From Clostridiales bacterium (GTDB lineage: Bacteria > Bacillota > Clostridia > Christensenellales > DTU072), in assembly GCA_012800525.1 (NCBI GenBank), contig JAAZJD010000021.1:85048-149047 (forward strand): a DNA stretch of 64,000 bases, read 5' to 3'. Both the position numbers and the translations under genes were made by a program. Every line of letters starts with the position of its first letter. Positions within the stretch are counted from its first letter, which is position 1. Below, piece by piece: positions 59,779 through 64,000 of the stretch. The notes beneath the pieces are model-generated. The model searched no databases. It was not told the origin of the DNA and saw nothing but the letters and a program-made list of their open reading frames with translations.

Positions 59779-62040
59779 ATGGGACATATATCATTATATA
59801 GAAAATATAGACCACTAAACTGGGAGCAAATTATAGGACAAAATCACATTGTTAGAACGATCAAAAATCAAATTAGCTCTAACAATATATCACATGCCTA
59901 TTTATTTACAGGCTCAAGAGGAACCGGAAAAACTTCATCAGCAAAAATATTTGCAAGAGCAATTAATTGTTTAAATCCTATTGACGGTTCGCCATGCAAT
60001 CAGTGTGCAAACTGTATAAGCATATTAAATGAAACCTCTTTTGATGTTGTTGAGCTTGATGCAGCAAGCAATAATAGTGTCAATGACATTAGAACCTTGA
60101 TTGAAAATATTAGTATCCCACCAATGAGCGGTAAATATAAAGTTTACATCGTTGATGAGGTGCACATGTTATCTCAACAAGCTTTTAATGCTTTTTTAAA
60201 AACCTTAGAGGAACCACCTGAATATGTTGTCTTTATTTTAGCTACGACTGAAGTGCACAAAATTCCAAATACAATTCTCTCAAGATGCATGCAATTTGAC
60301 TTTAGACTAATTCCAGTAAACGAATTAACTGAAATTGTTACAAACATTTTTGATAAAGAAAATTATAAATATGAGATTGAAGCTTGTAGACAAATAGCAA
60401 TTCACGGTGAAGGAAGTGCAAGAGATACATTATCTATAGCAGATATGTGTATGGCTTATTCTCCACAAAACCTTACATACGATGATGTTTTAGAAGTTTT
60501 GGGTGGTTCAGACTTTGAAACACTATATATAATTGCAGAGGCGATATTAAATTCAAATATCTCAAGACTTTTAGAGCAAATAGATGCTATTTATCATAGA
60601 GGAAAAGGAATATCTACCTTAAATCGAGAGCTTGCAAATTTTTTCAAAGAGCTTATTACCATCAAAAATGTTCCATCATATGCACCATTTTCTAATGAGC
60701 AAAATCAAGCTGCGTTGAATCTTGCAAAAGAACATGATAACTACAAAATTTCAAGAATTTTGGAAATTATTGCATTAATTGAAAGTAATCTTAGATTTAG
60801 CACACAACCCAAAATTTTATTTGAAGCTAATTTAATTAAGGCTAGCAAATTAATAACATCTCCAAATATTGAAGCCTTAAATTCTAGAATTGAATCACTA
60901 GAAAAGCAAATTAAAGCTTTTTCAAAAGACAATGTTGAGTATTTTAAAAAGTTTTTAGATAATAACAATCTTATTTCACCTCTTTATCTAAAAAATAAGG
61001 AGTCTAGCTTACCAAAAAAAAAGAATAATTTAAAAACCAATTCAAATAATGACGAGTCTCCTAATAAGCTAGACCACAACGATGACTTTGACTCGGAACC
61101 TTTTGAATATAAAGATGAAGATATTCAAGAACTGCCATTTGAAGATGAACAAAATGAGGCTAAAAATTTGCCTTCCTCCAATAAATCAAGCAGCAATGAT
61201 GGCACTGAACCTAAACTACCTTTTGAAGATAGAGATGAAGATGCTCAAGAGCTACCTTTTGAAGACACAAAAGACAATTCTGTTCACAATGAATCAAGTC
61301 TTAGTAATGATGATTCCGAACTTAAACTACCTTTTGAAGATAGAGATGAAGATGCTCAAGAACTGCCATTTGAAAATGAGCTAGACAACAATGATACCTT
61401 TAACTCAGAAATACCTTTTGAAGATAGAGATGAAGATGCACAAGAGTTGCCTTTTAGCAAAGAAGTAGACCCTGACGATGATTTTGACTTAGAAACACCT
61501 TTTAAAGTTGAAAAAGAATTTAATGAGTCTAACATTGAAGTTAATGAAGAACCTGATATAAATATTGAAATTGAAGACAGTTTTAGTGACGACATCAATG
61601 AAGAATCATATGATGACATCGAAGGTGACGATAGCCTAGAAAATAATGAAGAAAATATTACAACATCAACAACAAAAAACAACGATAGTTTACCTTTTGA
61701 AGACAAAGAAGATAATAATGAAGCAAAAAAACTTTTTGATGATTTATTAGATAAATATAAAGATAATGTGTTTGTAACACGAGCTTTTAAGCAAGCTGAT
61801 AAATTCGAATTAAAAAATGGAGTTTTAACTTTAAAATATATGGGAATAAACTCTTTATCTTACAAAAGATTACAATATCAATATAAAGCTGAATTAGATG
61901 AAGTTATAAAAGAAATTTCTCCAAATACAAAAATAGCCTTTGAATTGATAGAAGAAAATGAAGATGAAGGCAAATTGAATCAATTAGAACTTGAGGAAAT
62001 AAAACAACTGTTTGGAGATAATTTAATAATAAAAGACTAA
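59779..62040 (+). CDS. dnaX: DNA polymerase III subunit tau (full-length product), with a long acidic repeat insert
   Basis: The N-terminus aligns residue for residue with E. coli DnaX (M....L.RK.RP). It has Walker A GSRGTGKTS, a zinc module C..C..C, IVDEVHMLS and SRC (SRCMQF). At 753 aa it compares with about 560 aa in Bacillus. Confidence 0.95.
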   Translation: MGHISLYRKYRPLNWEQIIGQNHIVRTIKNQISSNNISHAYLFTGSRGTGKTSSAKIFARAINCLNPIDGSPCNQCANCISILNETSFDVVELDAASNNSVNDIRTLIENISIPPMSGKYKVYIVDEVHMLSQQAFNAFLKTLEEPPEYVVFILATTEVHKIPNTILSRCMQFDFRLIPVNELTEIVTNIFDKENYKYEIEACRQIAIHGEGSARDTLSIADMCMAYSPQNLTYDDVLEVLGGSDFETLYIIAEAILNSNISRLLEQIDAIYHRGKGISTLNRELANFFKELITIKNVPSYAPFSNEQNQAALNLAKEHDNYKISRILEIIALIESNLRFSTQPKILFEANLIKASKLITSPNIEALNSRIESLEKQIKAFSKDNVEYFKKFLDNNNLISPLYLKNKESSLPKKKNNLKTNSNNDESPNKLDHNDDFDSEPFEYKDEDIQELPFEDEQNEAKNLPSSNKSSSNDGTEPKLPFEDRDEDAQELPFEDTKDNSVHNESSLSNDDSELKLPFEDRDEDAQELPFENELDNNDTFNSEIPFEDRDEDAQELPFSKEVDPDDDFDLETPFKVEKEFNESNIEVNEEPDINIEIEDSFSDDINEESYDDIEGDDSLENNEENITTSTTKNNDSLPFEDKEDNNEAKKLFDDLLDKYKDNVFVTRAFKQADKFELKNGVLTLKYMGINSLSYKRLQYQYKAELDEVIKEISPNTKIAFELIEENEDEGKLNQLELEEIKQLFGDNLIIKD
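61014..61028 (+). other. Candidate dnaX recoding site (A9 run; A_AAA_AAG heptamer; GAA TAA in the -1 frame)
   Basis: Codons CCA AAA AAA AAG AAT start at 61012, 61015, 61018, 61021 and 61024 in the dnaX frame. The -1 frame then reads GAA TAA at 61023-61028. An SD-like AAGGAG lies at 60997-61002. Confidence 0.35.
61096..61706 (+). repeat. In-frame tandem repeats encoding the acidic PFED(R/K)DED(A/I)QELPFE modules of DnaX
   Basis: Near-identical DNA cores CCTTTTGAAGATAGAGATGAAGATGC(T/A)CAAGA occur at about 61219, 61330 and 61414, with a degenerate copy at about 61099. About 10 (L/I/P/T)PF(E/K/S) motifs are encoded overall. Confidence 0.9.
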
Positions 62041-62060
62041 ATATCAATAGGAGGATGTAT

Positions 62061-62420
62061 ATGGCAAAATATAGAGGACCACGTGGTGGAGCTCCAGGCG
62101 GTGGTGGAGCAAATATGAACCAATTAATGAGACAAGCTCAAAAAATGCAACAAGATCTTGCAAAAGCACAACAAGAACTTGCTGAAACTGAGGTAGTTGC
62201 AACTGCGGGTGGAGAAATGGTTGAAATCGTTATGACATGTGATAGACAACTCTCTTCTATAAAAATTAAACCAGAAGCAGTAGATCCAGATGACGTGGAA
62301 ATGCTTGAAGACTTAATTCAAGCCGCCTTCAACGAAGCAAGCAAACTTGTTGAAGCAGAACATGAAAGAATAATGGGACCATTTTCTGGTGCAATGAGTG
62401 GACTTGGAGGACTATTTTAA
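62061..62420 (+). CDS. ybaB: Nucleoid-associated protein YbaB/EbfC
   Basis: The MNQLMRQAQKMQQDL core and the dnaX-ybaB-recR synteny. The start is placed at ATG 62061, 6 nt after AGGAGG, because the track start at 62055 abuts the RBS. It has a Gly-rich N-terminal extension. Confidence 0.9.
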   Translation: MAKYRGPRGGAPGGGGANMNQLMRQAQKMQQDLAKAQQELAETEVVATAGGEMVEIVMTCDRQLSSIKIKPEAVDPDDVEMLEDLIQAAFNEASKLVEAEHERIMGPFSGAMSGLGGLF

Positions 62421-63001
62421 TGTATCCTGAAGCAGTTTCAAAACTCGCAGCTATTTTAAGAAAATTTCCTTCAGTCGGGGCAAAAACCGCTATGAGGTAT
62501 GCATATAAGATTATTGAAATGACTGATGAAGAAGCGAGCGATCTTATTAATGCAATTAAAGATGTAAAAGAAAACATACATTTTTGTAAAGAATGTGGGA
62601 CATACACTGATAAAGATATTTGTGATCGATGCAAAGTTGGTGATAAAAGTATAATTTGTGTTGTAAAAGAGCCAAAGGATATAAGTGTATTCGAAAAGAC
62701 TGGAGTTTTTAATGGAGTTTTTCATGTCTTACATGGCACTTTAGATTTCCAAAAACAAGTGCTAGTAGATGATATTAGAATTAAAGAATTGATAGATCGT
62801 CTTGATGGAGTTAAAGAAGTTATAGTTGCAACTAACACCGATGTTAGTGGTGAAATGACTGCATCATATTTAGCACAACTTATAAAACCTATGAACATAA
62901 AAGTCACTAGGCTAGCAAGTGGAATTCCAATGGGCACAGAAATAGAATATGCAGATGAGCATACATTATCTCAGGCATTGATTGATAGAAAAGAAATTTA
63001 G
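62420..63001 (+). CDS. recR: Recombination protein RecR
   Basis: HhH N-terminus (LRKFPSVGAKTA), zinc finger C.EC....D...CD.C and a Toprim domain (VATN.DVSGE.TA.Y). Confidence 0.95.
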   Translation: MYPEAVSKLAAILRKFPSVGAKTAMRYAYKIIEMTDEEASDLINAIKDVKENIHFCKECGTYTDKDICDRCKVGDKSIICVVKEPKDISVFEKTGVFNGVFHVLHGTLDFQKQVLVDDIRIKELIDRLDGVKEVIVATNTDVSGEMTASYLAQLIKPMNIKVTRLASGIPMGTEIEYADEHTLSQALIDRKEI

Positions 63002-63144
63002 ATTAAAATTAAGAGGCAGCTCATATCTAGGTCTAGCTGAATATAAAAACTTTGAATCAATCGTAGCCATGAACTCCCTTTTAGGTAAATTAATAGCTAA
63101 ACAAAATACCAAAAATGCACATCAATCATTTTGTTAGTTCAACT

Positions 63145-63160
63145 TTATGGGGTCAGTTTA
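63145..63160 (-). repeat. Right arm of the perfect 16-bp inverted repeat (TAAACTGACCCCATAA on the minus strand)
   Basis: Exact reverse complement of 57604-57619. It overlaps the stop codon (63158-63160) of the 274-aa ORF. Confidence 0.9.
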
Positions 63161-63982
63161 AAAGGCAGCCCCTTTATATTCAATATTTTTCAATTCTTCG
63201 TTTATAACTTGTGCTGGATTATTATACTCAAAATCAGCAGCTTTCAATCTCTTTTTTTCATAATCTTCATTAGGATATAAAGTTAAAAAATTATTTAAAC
63301 GAATTAATGTTTTACATTCAACAATTTGATCTTCATATTCTTCTACAATGGCTTTTTCTAAATTATTAGCATTTCCAAAAGACACACAAAGTTTTTGAGT
63401 TTTAAAAGCTATAGTAAAAAAGTATGAGTTTGGTCTTGTTATTATTACATTTGCAGCAGAAAGCAATATATTAAAATCTATACTTTCTTGATTGTAAACA
63501 TTATAGCCAGCAATCAAAGCAACCTTACTAATGGCTTCATTTTTTCTGCTCCATATCAAAATATTATATTTTTCTAAATGATTAGATAATGTAGAAATTA
63601 ATGACTTCATTTGTTCTTCTTTTTCTTCATCATCAATTAAAAACAAAAGTGTTCTTTTTTTATCCACAAGCCCTAACTTTTTGTTAGCATCAGCTCTAAA
63701 AATGGGTTTTTCATAATCTTTTGGGAAAGCTATTCCTGCAGTCAAAATTTTAGAAAAATCTATTTCATTTTCTTTTACTCTATTTGCAGATATTTGATTT
63801 GATACTATAAGTTTATCTACATAAGGATTTAAAAATTGCTTATTGATTAAAAGCTCAGTGTCATACAAAAACACTTTGATATTTGAATTGAATTTATTTC
63901 TAACACTTGTTGCTTCTTCTAAACCATCTACACTTGTTAAAATAACAGCTTTTGGCGAATATCTTAAGAAAATGTTTTCCAT
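63158..63982 (-). CDS. Degenerate UgtP/MGDG-synthase-like (GT28-type) protein, N-terminally short
   Basis: The ATG is preceded by AGGAG, with an in-frame TAG 3 codons upstream. The protein loosely aligns to the C-terminal roughly three quarters of Bacillus UgtP (ILTAGIAFPKDYE vs ITGIPIRPQFE; VIITRPNS vs CMITKPGG). The nucleotide-sugar binding GG.T..E motif is not conserved. Confidence 0.35.
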   Translation of the reverse strand: MENIFLRYSPKAVILTSVDGLEEATSVRNKFNSNIKVFLYDTELLINKQFLNPYVDKLIVSNQISANRVKENEIDFSKILTAGIAFPKDYEKPIFRADANKKLGLVDKKRTLLFLIDDEEKEEQMKSLISTLSNHLEKYNILIWSRKNEAISKVALIAGYNVYNQESIDFNILLSAANVIITRPNSYFFTIAFKTQKLCVSFGNANNLEKAIVEEYEDQIVECKTLIRLNNFLTLYPNEDYEKKRLKAADFEYNNPAQVINEELKNIEYKGAAF

Positions 63983-64000
63983 TCTCCTATACGATATTTG

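Noticed and set aside
59596-59787. 63-aa minus-strand ORF in the galT-dnaX spacer.
   Set aside because: It has no RBS, overlaps the dnaX start and putative promoter, and has low-complexity hydrophobic content. It is most likely a chance ORF in AT-rich DNA.
61002-61064. Perfect 9-bp complementarity GTCTAGCTT (61002-61010) / AAGCTAGAC (61056-61064) enclosing the dnaX A-run. I considered it as a frameshift-stimulating structure.
   Set aside because: The 5' arm lies upstream of the slippery site, so a ribosome positioned on the heptamer would already have melted the helix. It cannot act like the E. coli downstream stem-loop. It is kept only as a note, not as support.
61082-61706. Alternative-frame ORFs inside dnaX (61082-61384 plus strand and 61356-61706 minus strand).
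   Set aside because: They coincide with the acidic tandem repeats. Periodic repeats keep all frames open, and the translations (MKM.K..LLK repeats, Ser-rich) are repeat artefacts.

Overview
The window is visibly AT-rich and uses the standard genetic code: TGA acts as a stop, and full-length proteins are obtained without recoding. It looks like a core chromosomal region of a low-GC Bacillota/Mollicutes-like bacterium, but the taxon cannot be fixed from sequence alone. About 50 of 55 genes lie on the minus strand in long housekeeping blocks with classic Bacillota synteny:
- valS, pgsA, mreB-like, maf, ppx
- two phosphofructokinases, proA, yebC
- infC-rpmI-rplT and thrS
- recG, yloV, yloU, divergent from rpmB
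- rpe, rsgA, rlmN, rsmB, fmt, def, priA, coaBC, rpoZ, gmk, yicC
- ligA, pcrA, ppdK
- recO, era, ybeY, pgpH, dnaB
- pepF, pncB, lgt, galK

A single 5.5 kb plus-strand block holds galT-dnaX-ybaB-recR. By eye I found no tRNA or rRNA genes, CRISPR arrays, transposases, integrases or recognisable defence or toxin systems. I do not see a discrete novel multi-gene system.

The non-routine signals are:
1. A candidate gamma-type recoding site in dnaX. It has an A9 run, the A_AAA_AAG heptamer in the correct phase, a stop after one codon in the -1 frame and an upstream SD-like AAGGAG. It is followed by an acidic PFED/QELPFE tandem-repeat insert.
2. Three separate tandem repeat arrays whose unit spans the stop codon and last codons of the upstream gene (era, recO and a 276-aa membrane protein). 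Each pseudo-copy preserves the C-terminal peptide and a stop.
3. A perfect 16-bp inverted repeat bracketing exactly the strand-switched galT-recR block. Further degenerate copies of the same element lie downstream of galT.
4. A repeat-filled galK/galT divergent control region carrying a recurrent TGCTTAGCA palindrome.
5. infC with an ATT start and an L20-leader-like attenuator.
6. A PPi-type glycolytic signature, with PPi-PFK next to ATP-PFK plus PPDK.
7. Several odd proteins: a membrane-anchored double YegP/DUF1508 protein, an orphan MreB-like protein and a degenerate UgtP-like protein.
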